Source: Octopus vulgaris (taxonomy: Eukaryota). Taken from it: a stretch of DNA of 64,000 bases. Made by a program: the position numbers and the translations under genes. The stretch lies in NCBI GenBank assembly GCA_951406725.2, contig OX597817.1:162564001-162628000 (forward strand). The letters run 5' to 3'. The notes below the pieces were generated by a model. The model made no database searches and had not been told where the DNA came from. It saw only the letters and a program-made list of their open reading frames with translations. Of the stretch, positions 1 through 12,077 are shown in pieces. Position 1 is the first letter of the stretch, and every line of letters starts with the position of its first letter.

Positions 1-293
1 ATATATAGAGATTATCTAGATTGCATACAAAGTGAGGGAATACACAAAAAAGAGCACTATCATAATGTAGTACACATAGACATGGGAGCAAGGAAAAATT
101 AGTGTAAAGGGGGCCAAAGCAAAACCTAAGCTTTTTATTCACAGAATTTTCAAATTGTTTGAACAAGTCAAAAGATCATAGAACAAGTGGATTACGGGAA
201 TTAATGATAATTTAATTCAGGTACAACAAAAATATCGCAAAAATGTTTGTTCGTAGAATGACAATATTTGAAGATGTTTTTGATTTCTTACAA

Positions 294-468
294 AGGCATA
301 GGAGTGGCTGTGTGGTAAGTAGCTTGCTTACGAACCACATGGTACTGGGTTCAGTCCCACTGCATGGCACCTTGGGCAAGTGTCTTCCTACTATAGCCTC
401 AGGCCGACCAAAGCCTTGTGAGTGGATTCGGTAGATGGAAACTGAAAGAAGCCTGTCGTATATATGCA

Positions 469-516
<48 letters not shown>

Positions 517-772
517 TATAAATATAAATATATATATATATATGTATGTGTGTGTGTATATGTTTGTGTGTCTGTGTTTGTCCCCCCCAACATCACTTGA
601 CAACCGATGCTGGTGTGTTTAAGTCCCTGTAACTTAGCAGTTCGGCAAAAGAGACTGATAGAATAAGTACTAGGCTTACAAAGAATAAGTCCTGGGGTCG
701 ATTTGCTCGACTAAAGGTGGTGCTCCAGCATGGCCACAGTCACATGACTGAAACAAGTAAAAGAGTAAAAGA
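294..772 (+). mobile_element. tRNA-derived SINE family A (internal microsatellite, (AAAAGART)n tail); many copies
   Basis: Head GGAGTGGCTGTGTGGTAAG...GGTTCAGTCCC and CORE-like CACCTTGGGCAAGTG; other copies at ~3246-3636(+), 7645-7960(-), 27277-27678(+), 40545-40900(-), 62716-63075(-), plus fragments. Confidence 0.9.
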
Positions 773-906
773 GTTGTTATACCAGGAAAGAAGTTCAAAC
801 AGGAGCTTCCGAATTATGAAGTCTTCTTGAATTTGAATATTTTGATAATTTTGGCAGCATCTTCAACTAGAACTGAATTTGTGACAACCATTCAATACAA
901 ACCATT

Positions 907-1250
907 GGTGGTGGTGGTGGTGGTGCTGCTGCTGCTGCTGCTGCTGTTGTTGTTGTTGTTGTTAAGCAACGAGGCGGGTAAGGGTGATTAGGTGATGGTC
1001 TAGGGCTTAGGGGTCGGAGACCCCAGCCCTTGGAAAAAAAAACTTTGGTCGTCTTGTTGTAGTCGAGGGCTCTTCGTTGACGCCCAACACCACTGGGAGG
1101 TGGCCCTCGAAGTCGCTGGAAATGGAGATCTCCAGGTCCAAATTCTTGAACTGATGATGATGGTGGTGGTGGTGGTGGTGGTGGTGGTAACGGTGGTGGC
1201 GGCAGCAGCGGTGGTGGTGGTGATGGTGATGATGATGATGATGATGATGA
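907..1250. repeat. Compound trinucleotide repeats (GGT)n(GCT)n(GTT)n and (GAT)n(GGT)n(GAT)n
   Basis: Visible directly; source of the poly-P/H/T/A ORFs in the track. Confidence 0.95.
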
Positions 1251-2661
1251 ATGCTCATGGGTCAACACAGTCAGTCCATAACAACTTATTTTGTTTCTAA
1301 CATAACGCTTGCAGTTTATAACATTAGCCAATGTACACAAATTTCCTTTTGTTAAGATGATAATGTATGATATGAAGGATACTCAGTTACTATTTCTAGC
1401 AGGCTGAGCAACCATACAGAGATTCCCTTGTTCGCTTGCCCAGCAGTGTTGGAAGCAGCTGTAAAATACACTTCTGATTTACCTTGGAGATATATTTTGT
1501 TTTTGGGTTGTTTTTTTTTAACTCACAAGAAAATAATACGATAATCTGTCTAATAACAGCTTCCAGATCAATTACCTAACACCTCTACAGTTAAATAAAC
1601 AAGGAAAAAAATAAATCCTACATCTTTAAAGTCACATATTTTGTCTTAGATAATTGATAAGAAATTATGAAATTATACGCATGATATCACCATGGAAACA
1701 AGGATGTAATCCATCTTATAAAAAAATCAAAATCAAAAACTATTCTGTTAAATCAGTCACCAAAACAATCTACTTTTGGTATTATTTTTGAAAGCAAACA
1801 GATGTATTAGTTTAACACTCAGGAAGTTATATATCCTTACATATGCATATATAAACATACATATATACATATATATGTTTATATATCATCATCATCATCA
1901 TCATCATCATCGTTTAACGTCTGCTTTCCATGCTAGCATGGGTTGGATGAATGACTGAGGGCTGGTGAACCAGATGGCTGCACCAAAATCTTGATCTAGC
2001 AGAGTTTCTACAGCTGGATGCCCTTCCTAACGCCAACCACTCCAAGAGTGTAGTGGGTGCTTTTACGTGCCACCGGCACGGGGCCAATCAGGCAGTACTG
2101 GCAACGACCTTGCTCGAATCTTTTACACATGCCACCAGCACAGGTGCCAGTAAGGCGATGCTGGTAACAATCATGCTCGAATGGTGCTCTTAATACCCTA
2201 CTAGCACGGGGCTCGAGTGCCAGTAAGGCGACGCTGGTAACGATTACGCTCGAATGGTGCCTTTTAAGTGCCACTGGCACTGAAGCCGGTTAGCCGCTCT
2301 GTCAATGATCACACTTATATGGTGCTCTTTGCACCCTGCTAGCACAGACGCCAGTCATCGAATTTGATTTTGATTTTGATTTCTGTTCTTATATATATAT
2401 ATTTATATATATATACATATATACACAGACCACACACACACACATGAATACATGTTTTATATATATACATATATATGTGTGCTTCCACACAGTTTCCATT
2501 TACCAAATTCACTTACAAGGTTGGCCTTGCCTATAGCAGAAGATACTTGTCCAAAGTGCTGCACAGTGGTAAACCTTTTAATCAAACAACCATGGTCCTT
2601 TCTGTGCTAATTCTATGATTTCAATGCCTTGTGTTCTCAGTTTATTTAACTAAGCTCTTCT

Positions 2662-2905
2662 GAGAGTAGAATTGTCTAATCCGTTACTCATTTTAATAGT
2701 ATGGCTTAATTCATTAGCGGTTGAGAGCAGAATTATCTAATCTGTTACTCATTTTAATAGTATGGCTTAATTCATTAGCGGTTGAGAGCAGAATTATCTA
2801 ATCTGTTACTCATTTTGATAGTATGGCTTAATTCATTAGCGGTTGAGAGCAGAATTATCTAATCTGTTACTCATTTTGATAGTATGGCTTAATTCATTAG
2901 CGGTT
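2662..2905. repeat. Minisatellite, 61-bp unit x4
   Basis: GAGAGCAGAATTATCTAATCTGTTACTCATTTTRATAGTATGGCTTAATTCATTAGCGGTT repeated. Confidence 0.95.
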
Positions 2906-3898
2906 TTTAGTTAGTTCCCCAGCTGAGCATTGTTTCTTGTAAATAGGCTTAAACTATCTATATGAAAGACAGGATTTCTAAGTTGTCCACAGCATTTATA
3001 AACCATCACTGGTTTGAGTGAACAAGTATTTTAAAGGAGCTGGAGCTAGACAGAAGAACAGAAAGCATAAGAAGCTTCTTGGTAATACTTTTTTAATGGA
3101 GTGTGGATGCATCCTGAGTAATGAACTTCAGTTAGATTGATTAATATGCTGATTTTTCATACCTTTTTGTGACCAACATTATATGTCTACTTAACCCTTT
3201 TGTTACTATATTTCTGCTGAAATACACTGTTTCTTTTTTCAATTATAGGCACAGGAGTGGCTGTGTGGTAAGTAGCTTGCTTACCAACCACATGGTTCCG
3301 GGTTCAGTCCGACTGCATGGCACCTTGGGCAAGTGTCTTCTGTTATAGCCTCGGGCCGACCAAAGCCTTGTGAGTGGATTTGGTAGACGGAAACTGAAAG
3401 AAGCCCATCATATGTATGTGTGTGTGTGTTTATGTGTCTGTCTCCCCAACATTGCTTGACAACCGATGCTGGTGTATTTATATCCCTGTCACTTAGCGGT
3501 TCGGCAAGAGAGACCAATAGAATAAGTACTAGGCTTACAAAAAATAAGTCCTGGGGTCGATTTGCTCGACTAAAGGTGGTGCTCCAGCATGGCCACAGTC
3601 AAATGACTGAAACAAATAAAAGAATAAAAGAATAAAGGAATTAATTTTAAAAATAAGGAAGAATTTCATAAAATAGCTTTGCCACTATTAAGCTGAAATT
3701 TGAAACAAATTAACATGAAAGTTTAATGGTAAGTTTTAACTTAGATCACCTTAATATAGGAAATTTGTACCATAGAATCATGGACAGTCTCAGACAGGCT
3801 GGCATCAAAAGGATTAAGGATCCCTTCATTACTATTTTGACAGATACAATTAAATCTATGCTCCACTGAGAAGGTATGCATAAAACCAAAACATATCC

Positions 3899-4238
3899 TG
3901 AGTTCCATTGTGTCTGGGGAGAGTCATTTTGTTTTTGTGCCTTATAATTTAACACACTCACCGGTAAAATTTCCACTTATTTCTTATTTTTATTTTCTTA
4001 AAATTTTCGTTGCATCTTGCAACCTTTTCAATAGTCTTGACTCTGTCCATTACTTCAGACAGAGTCAAGACTATTGAGAAGGTTGCAAGACACAACGAAA
4101 ATTTTAGGAAAATAAAAACAAGAAATAAATGGAAATTTTACCGGTGAGTATGTTACATTATAAGGCACCAAAAGAAAATGACTCTCCCCAGACACAACAC
4201 GAACTCACATAAAGAATCTGCAAACCAAATCCAAAACG
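3899..4238. mobile_element. Palindromic PLE-type element with hammerhead-like core and 14-bp TSD
   Basis: About 150-bp inverted arms 3899-4047 / 4058-4207; TSD ACATATCCTGAGTT at 3891-3904 and 4239-4252. Confidence 0.7.
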
Positions 4239-5147
4239 ACATATCCTGAGTTATCTCACCAAAATGATATTAGTCATAGAGTCAATGTTATCTTTCCCTC
4301 AGTGCGTAATTATTTCTAATTAGATTTTTGATGCTCACTACATTAAATACATTAAAAGTCATTTAATTATGCCAGAAACTCTGGATTTTATTCATGTCTG
4401 TCTGCTGTATTATTGATATTTTCCATTTTGTCATGGCAAGTTTGATATCTTTATATTGGGACTTAGTCTGCATACACTTTCCTCAATATCTAGAAGTGTG
4501 TCAAGGCATCAAAAGTTAATCATTAATCAATTCATTACGTGCTTTAAACTTTTGTTTCTTTTTCTGTTGTCTTCAATAAATACTCGATTTGCCGATAACT
4601 TCCTTTATATCAATACATTCCTCTCTATCTCTATGGTGACAAGTTATTAGTTTTCCTAACAGTAATCAGCTTTTGGAGGGAACAAATATGGCTGTACATA
4701 TGATTGATAATTGATTGGTGGTTTAGGAAGATCTTATAGTTTCTTGTGTACTGATTTACTTTCACCAGATATCGGAGATTTGATTGATTTCAGGAACCTT
4801 CCAATGACCAACTGTCTTGATAATGAAGTTAAATTTGTTGTTGGTTATGCCAAGCCATGTTTGTGGTGTTTATGATTCCACACATCTTTTCTTATATTTT
4901 GCACATCTTTAGTACGGTGTGTGTGTGTATGTGTGTATGTGTGTGTGTGTGTGTGTGTGCGTGTGTGTGTATATGCATGCATGCATGTATATATATATAT
5001 ATGTGTGTATATATATATATATGTATATATATATATAGATAGATGAATCTGTGTGTTTCTGCTGCCAGCCTCCCCTGGCACCTGTGCTGGTGGGACGTAA
5101 AACTCACCCACTACACTCTTGGAGTGGTTGGCATTAGGAAGGGCATC

Positions 5148-5724
5148 CAGCAGGAATTTCCTGAAATGCAAGCATGGTCCAAAGACTTCCATTCTGGAGT
5201 TAACAATGTTCCCTTGGTTGAGGGAGTCTTTTAGGATCCTCGCTCATTCCGCTATGCATAATTTGCTGTGCTTGGTCCCATTTATGTAGGGGCCTGGATT
5301 TTCTAGGATTCTCCATGATACTGTGTATGGAATCCTCTCATCTATCAGCTGCCATACATGGCTGGCCAATGATGTGATGTATCTTCTGGTATCCTGAAGG
5401 AGGATCTGTGGTTGAAGAGGTGTTGTTTGAATGTGAGTTCCTGGAACAGCCGATGTATCTCCATGGTTGGGTGTTGGCAGTGGTATGTTTGTTGGTGTTG
5501 ATATTGTTGCCAATGTTGTTTTTGGAACTGACACTGTTGGTGTTGGTGTTATTGGGGGTGAGACCAATCTCACCACTGCTGACTTTTTAGACATCACAAT
5601 CGACTGGGGCTCTGACATATACAGGCCGTACCACAAGCCAAATGAGAGGCTAACATATATCAAAACAGCCTCCTGTCAACCATCTTTCATGTTTAAAAAT
5701 CTGGTGAAGGGTGTTATGCCATAA
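5148..5724. mobile_element. Penelope-like retroelement fragment (GIY-YIG C-terminus on -, RT C-terminus on +)
   Basis: Minus: TSLASHVWQLIDERIPYTVSWRILENPGPYINGTKHSKLCIAE. Plus: DFLDITIDWGSDIYRPYHKPNERLTYIKTASCQPSFMFKNL. Confidence 0.85.
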
Positions 5725-6124
5725 TCTGATGATACTCCATAAAGCTAAACCCTTTATGGACTTAAAACTTAAGGTAATCCCATAAACCAGCCTTATCTAA
5801 CTTTAATATATACTGCTCTATAACTTAGAGTGTACTTCTTTTTTAGGATTTGTTTTTACAGACAACATATATATATATATATATATCATCATCATCATCA
5901 TCATCGTTTAACGTCCGCTTTCCATGCTAGCATGGGTTGGACGGTTCAACTGGGGTCTGGGAAGCCCGAAGGCTGCACCAGGCCAGTCAGATGTGGCAGT
6001 GTTTCTACAGCTGGATACCCTTCCTAACGCCAACCACTCCGAGAGTGTAGTGGGTGATTTTATGTGCCACCGACACAGGTGCCAGACGAGGCTGGCAGAC
6101 GGCCACGCTCGGATGGTGTTTTCT

Positions 6125-6162
<38 letters not shown>

Positions 6163-6431
6163 AAGAAAATGGAGAAACATCTTAATCAATGATCAACTAC
6201 CAGATAATACCCAAGTTGATCATTGATTAAGATGTGTTTCTCCATTTTCTTATTTTGTATTATTAATTTGTGGTAAAACATTTTACCTTTGCCCATATAA
6301 TACAGTAAATGAATTAATTGCATCGCAATTCTTAACATTTATGTATTAACTTTGTTGGGTGCTTTACTAGCAGTATATTGGATATATGTTATCCCATGGA
6401 GGGTTGCACTTACAACCCCTATCTCAATTTG

Positions 6432-6474
<43 letters not shown>

Positions 6475-6546
6475 CTCTATGAGCATATATGTATGTGTCA
6501 AGCCTTACTGTGTTTATCTATATCACTATCTAGCCAGCTATCTATC

Positions 6547-6611
<65 letters not shown>

Positions 6612-8560
6612 AGAGAGGGAGAAAGAGAGGGAGGAGGAAATTAATGAGAGATAACAGTCATCTAATTGAAGTCAGCTGTTCATCAGTCTCTTGGCATACT
6701 TGCAACAACTGTTGCTCTCAGCAGTACCGAAAAGTGTGAATGGTCCCACACAAGCCATTACATCTTTAAACAAGTTACTGTGTGGGTTGTCTGAGGATTT
6801 TGCTTATTCTTTTTATTCGTTTATTCTTTTACTTGTTTCAGTCATTTGACTGCAGCCATGCTGGAGCACTGCCTTTAGTCGAGCAAATCGACCCCAGGAC
6901 TTATTCCTTGTAAGCCTACTACTTAATCTATTGGCCTCTTTTGCTGAACTGCTAAGTTACAGAGACATAAACACACCAGCATCAGTTGTCAAGTGATGTT
7001 GGGGGGACAAACACAGACACACAAAAATATACACACACACATACATATATATATATAATCAAAATAAGCAACAAGAATATCCTTGTTGCTTATTTTAATT
7101 ATAATCACCCCATTTGAATTATATGGATTATATAAATAATACCATACTAAATTCTGGTGACTTTAACTTCAACTGAATCTAATATATGTATATATCATCA
7201 TCATCATCATCATCATCGTTTAGCGTCTATTTTCCATGCTAGCATGGGTTGGACGGTTCTACTGGGGTCTGTGAAGCCAGAAGGCTTCATCAGGCCCAGT
7301 CAAATCTGGCAGTGTTTCTACGGCTGGATGCCCTTCCTAACACCAACCACTCCGTGAGTGTAGTGGGTGCTTTTTATGTGTTCTTTCAGTTTCCGTCTAT
7401 CAAATCCACTCACAAGGCTTTGGTCAGCCCGAGGCTATAGTAGAAGACACTTGCCCAAGGTGCCATGTAGTGGGAGTGAACCTGGAACCATGTGGTTGGT
7501 AAGCAAGCTCCTTACCACACAGCCACTCCGGTGCCTACTTACTTCCTTTTTATCAAGATTATCATGAAAAGGAAAAAGGAAATGCAGGAAAAGAGGAAAC
7601 TTCTTTGGTCCTCATGCCTTGAATATAATGAGAGTCCATCATATACTCTTTTGCTCTTTTACGTATTCTATCAGTTGCTTTTGCCGAACCGCTAAGTTAC
7701 GGCGACATAAACACACCAGCATCGGTTGTTAAGCAATGCTAGGGGGACAAACACAGACACACAAACATACACACATATATATATATATACATATATACGA
7801 CAGGCTTCTTTCAGTTTCTGTCTACCAAATCCACTCACAAGGCTTTGGTCGGCCCAAGGCTATAGTAGAAGACACTTGCTCAAGATGCCACGCAGTGGGA
7901 CTGAACCCCGGAGCCATGTGGTTGGTAAACAAGCTACTTACCACACAGCCACTCCTGCGCTTATATATATAAATGTATATATAGAGTGTGTGGACTAAAT
8001 TAGACAATTTTCTATGTTGCCCAACCATAATCTAGTTGATATTTTATGTCTTTTAATAAACATTATTTTGGGATGGAATATCATGTTTTCTCTTCCTTTT
8101 ATGCAAAATGTCAAATTTAGCTCAAACACCCTCTATGTATGTATATATACGTATATGTAAATATGTGTGTATATATATGCATATTTATATATAGTTGCAG
8201 GAGTGGCTGTGTGGTAAGAAGCTTACTTCCCAATCACATGGTTCCAGGTTCAGTCCCACTGAATGGCACCTTGGGCAAGTGTTTGCTACTATAGCCTTGG
8301 GCCAATCAAAGCCTTGTGAGAGGATTTGGTGGACGGAAACTGAAAGAAGGCTGTTGTATGTGTGTGTGTGTGTGTGTAGTAGAAGGCACTTGCCCAAGGT
8401 GCCACACAGTGGGACTGAACCCAGAACCATGTGGTTGGTAAACAAGCTACTTACCACACAGCCACTCCTACACCTATGGGTACATATATATATGTATATA
8501 TATTTATATATAGGGAAATTTTGACTGATGACTGTTCCTGTTGTGTGTGTGTGTGTGTGT

Positions 8561-8747
8561 GAGGAGGTGCTAAAAAGTTCCTGGCTTTGAGTAAAAGAAA
8601 TTGCAAGAAGATCAATTAATTATGATTCACACACTTATTGCAGCAGTCCTTCAGGTTTTCTAAGCCCTGCAAAAGAACTCGGAAGATTGGATCTCCAGCC
8701 AGGTCTTTCATGATACCCTTAAAGCTGGGAATTTTTCAGTACCCCCT

Positions 8748-8748
<1 letters not shown>
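8561..8748. mobile_element. Mariner-like MITE
   Basis: Imperfect TIRs GAGGAGGTGCTAAAAAGTTCCTGGCTTT / AAAGCTGGGAATTTTTCAGTACCCCCTT between (TG)n tracts. Confidence 0.6.
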
Positions 8749-8795
<47 letters not shown>

Positions 8796-8847
8796 TGTGT
8801 GTGCGTATGTGTGTGTGCATGTGTGTGTGTAGATATTTATATATAAG

Positions 8848-8879
<32 letters not shown>

Positions 8880-8964
8880 TAGATAGATAGATAGACGGTA
8901 GATAGATAGATAGATAGATAGATAGATATATAGATATAGATACATATATATGTGTGTGTGTGTG

Positions 8965-9017
<53 letters not shown>
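8749..9017. repeat. Compound microsatellite (TG)n/(GACA)n/(GATA)n/(TA)n
   Basis: Visible directly. Confidence 0.95.
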
Positions 9018-9020
<3 letters not shown>

Positions 9021-11606
9021 AGTATATATGTGTACATATGTTGGGTCCATATACTCTCCTAATATGATTGGCTATATATTGTTGTTGATATATCTTCAAT
9101 TGCAAAGTTTTGTTTTGTTTTTGTTTTTGTTTTTCCAAATGACTCAGCATGCTTAATATTTGTTTTATCAAATTCTGATGAAAGAAGCGCTCGTTCACAT
9201 TTTGCAAAGTACGTTATCCATAATGTGTTTGCCAAAATCAGTTTTAATGTTTCTGTCACCCACCAGCATCTTTTTCCCTTTACTCAATATTTATTGGCTT
9301 TCTTTTGTTAATTTTCATTTTTCCTTATTGCTTTTAATTACCAGCAACCGTATCACCAACCCCCACCAATTCCAGCACAACACTTTCTGTTTCTAGTCTA
9401 TGAATAGATCAGATCGTTTTTTTTTCTCTATTTTGGTTTTGTATTGTATACTTTTTGAATCACTATTAAAATGGGCTTAGGTGAGGGTATGACTGCTTTT
9501 GACAGTGGGGTAGTTAAACCTACTTTTTCCTTGATATTGCCATAGCTATGAAGTAAATTAGATTATTTAGTGTATTTTATGTCTGAATTTGCTTCTCTAC
9601 AAAATAATTTCTTAGAAGTCTTTGGCTATTATTTCCTAAAGATATTTATTAGCAGCTTAGGGAGGAAGCTTTGCCTTTGATTTGTGATGATTTGTTTATT
9701 TAGGGTCACTTTTCCTTTTCTTTTTTTATTGATGCTCTTAGATTTTTTTCCTTCTTCTTCATTTATTTTTTAGGGAGAAGTTGTTCTCCTATGACATACA
9801 CAACTACAAGAAGTATATTTTGCATTTGACTGCCAGAACATATTTAGAATAAATATGCAAAACAACACCACTTTTTAATTTTGAGTCATTGGACTGCAGA
9901 CATGTAGGGTGTGTGTATAAGTATCATACTTAAAAAATAAGTACTGGGGGACTGAAGGATTTAGTCAAACAAATCAATACCCAATACTTGTTCTTTTTAA
10001 GTATGGTACTTATTCTATAGGTCTCTTTTACCAAATTGCTAAGTTATATAAAATAAACATCTTTTCAAGCAGTGGAAGAGACAAGCACAAAATCAAAGAT
10101 ACAAACATACATATACATATTTATAGGTATATATGTATATATATGTAAAAACTATTTGCCAGGATAATGTGGCTGTCCTGGATGGGATGATTGTTACTGT
10201 TGCTTAGCCCCAGGAAACATTGTTTCCAGCTGGCCATACAACACAATATCTGTGTCCTTATATTTTTGAACAGGAGGCTCAGCATCCACCTCCAGCCCTC
10301 TGTTCGAAAATGTAAGGACACACATATTGTGTCAAATCCCTTAACCTTGTGGGGGAACAGAGGTCATTGGGGGCACTGCAACCATGTAGCATATCAATTA
10401 TTATTATTAAAACTTAATGATTTATTGTAACATTTGTCACCTTATTTTAGTTACCTTTGATCAAAAAAGACCCAAAAAAATAATAATAATAATAATAATA
10501 AGCAAGGCTAAGAATTGCTGTTCTAGAGTTTGAAAGCCTGAAAGTTCAACATGGAAATAGGGGGAAGGTTTGAAGATGATAATGTGTATTTGGTTAAAAC
10601 ATTGGCCATAGATAATGTCCAATAGAATATCTGGAAAACTGATAGAGGACAAAGACTTGATATGATATATATACAAGAATAATTATTAATACAAGTAATT
10701 ATTAAATGAAGTCCATGAACTTCTCTGATAACCCACTGATGTAGTTGATAGGTTCGGTTACCTTAGTAATGTATTTAGTGTTGTGAGTGACAATATTGCA
10801 GATAAAGAATAAGAAGGTGCTGAAGAGTTTGAAAGTTTCTATTATGAAAGTTTCTATGGTTCACTCAACCTGCTAGAAATATCAACTAAATTTCTCTCAA
10901 ATCACATTCTACCATTTTAAAAAAGGAAGGATACATTGAACAATATAGCTGTTTATATACTTCGTCTAAAAAAAAAAATGAGATTTGGGGGAAATGTGAT
11001 GGGTGTAAGCCATTAGATGCATTGAGAGAGCAGCTAGTTATTAAAGACATCAGCTGATGTTGTGTAGGAGAGGGAGGAGAGATAATTATCCTGATATAGA
11101 CACGTGATGTAAATGGTGAATGAATGCTGAGCAGGCAGGGAGGGAGGGGGAGAGTGCTAAGCACTGTTGTGAGGGTATAGGGGTAAGAGAGAAAGGTTAA
11201 CCCTCTTAGACCTGGGCCCTATCTCTAACTTTACCCTCCACCTGGGTCCTGAGCGAAAAAAACAAATAGTTGCATATACAGGTCAAGAGTAACAATTCCA
11301 AGCAAACTAAAAGACAGAATCAACTGCATACTCTTTATTGTTTCAGTTATTTGACTGCGACCATGCTGGAGCACCACCTTTAGTCGAGCAAATTGACCCC
11401 AGGACTTATTCTTCATAAGCCTAGTACTTATTCTATCAGTCTATTTTGCCGAACTGTTAAGTTATGGCGATGTAAACACACCAGCATCAGTTGTCAAGTA
11501 GAAGGATGATACAAAGATGGACAGGAAAACCAGTACAGAACATTCAGTTACATATTTGCCTTTATTTACAATTACATATTTACCTTTAAATTGATAGAGT
11601 CTTAAT

Positions 11607-12077
11607 AGAGAGGGGAGATGGGACTTGCCCAAGATCAGCAAAAGCCTGCTGCAGCATGTTGGATGGAGGGTCAAGAGAAAAGGGAGATGAAACATTCCCA
11701 ACATCAGCAAACACATGCCACAACACATCAAATGGAGCCTCAAGACAGAAGAGAGGTGAGACTTTCTGAAAATCGGCAAAGGCATGCTGCAGCATGTCAG
11801 ATGGAGTCTGAAGAAAGAAGCGAGATGAGACTTTCTCAAGATCAGCAAAGACATGCACATGCACCCTACCCCCACCCCCACCCCCAAGTTTCCATGACAA
11901 GTTAGGAACTCCAAATGGACACATGACATGTCACTTAGTCGAATTAATCCATTATTTACTCCATAAATGTTTTGTCGTCAATGCTGCACTTTCTTGTATC
12001 TCCTGTTTCAACTTAACTGTAGTATATAGACAAACCATGCCATTTTAAACCTGAGCAACACCGGGTATCTCTGCTAA
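11607..12077 (+). mobile_element. Helitron relic with 72-bp coding tandem repeats and a Helitron 3' end
   Basis: About 3.5 copies of a 24-aa unit (REMRLSQDQQRHAAACQMESEE-like), then the same 3' terminus as the other Helitrons (AAACCTGAGCAACACCGGG...CTGCTAA). Confidence 0.6.

Noticed and set aside
243-292. HECT-like motif FVRRMTIFEDVF
   Set aside because: Too short, and no further HECT motifs were found downstream.
867-1340. 157-aa poly-Pro/Ser/Thr/Ala ORF and the overlapping poly-His ORF
   Set aside because: Open only because of stop-free triplet repeats; no domain or splice support.
2662-2905. Regularly spaced repeat as a CRISPR array
   Set aside because: No unique spacers, no cas genes, eukaryotic context.
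391-9207. Many ORFs rich in YI/HT/CV dipeptides or SINE-derived text
   Set aside because: They are translations of (TA)n, (CA)n and SINE sequence, not genes.
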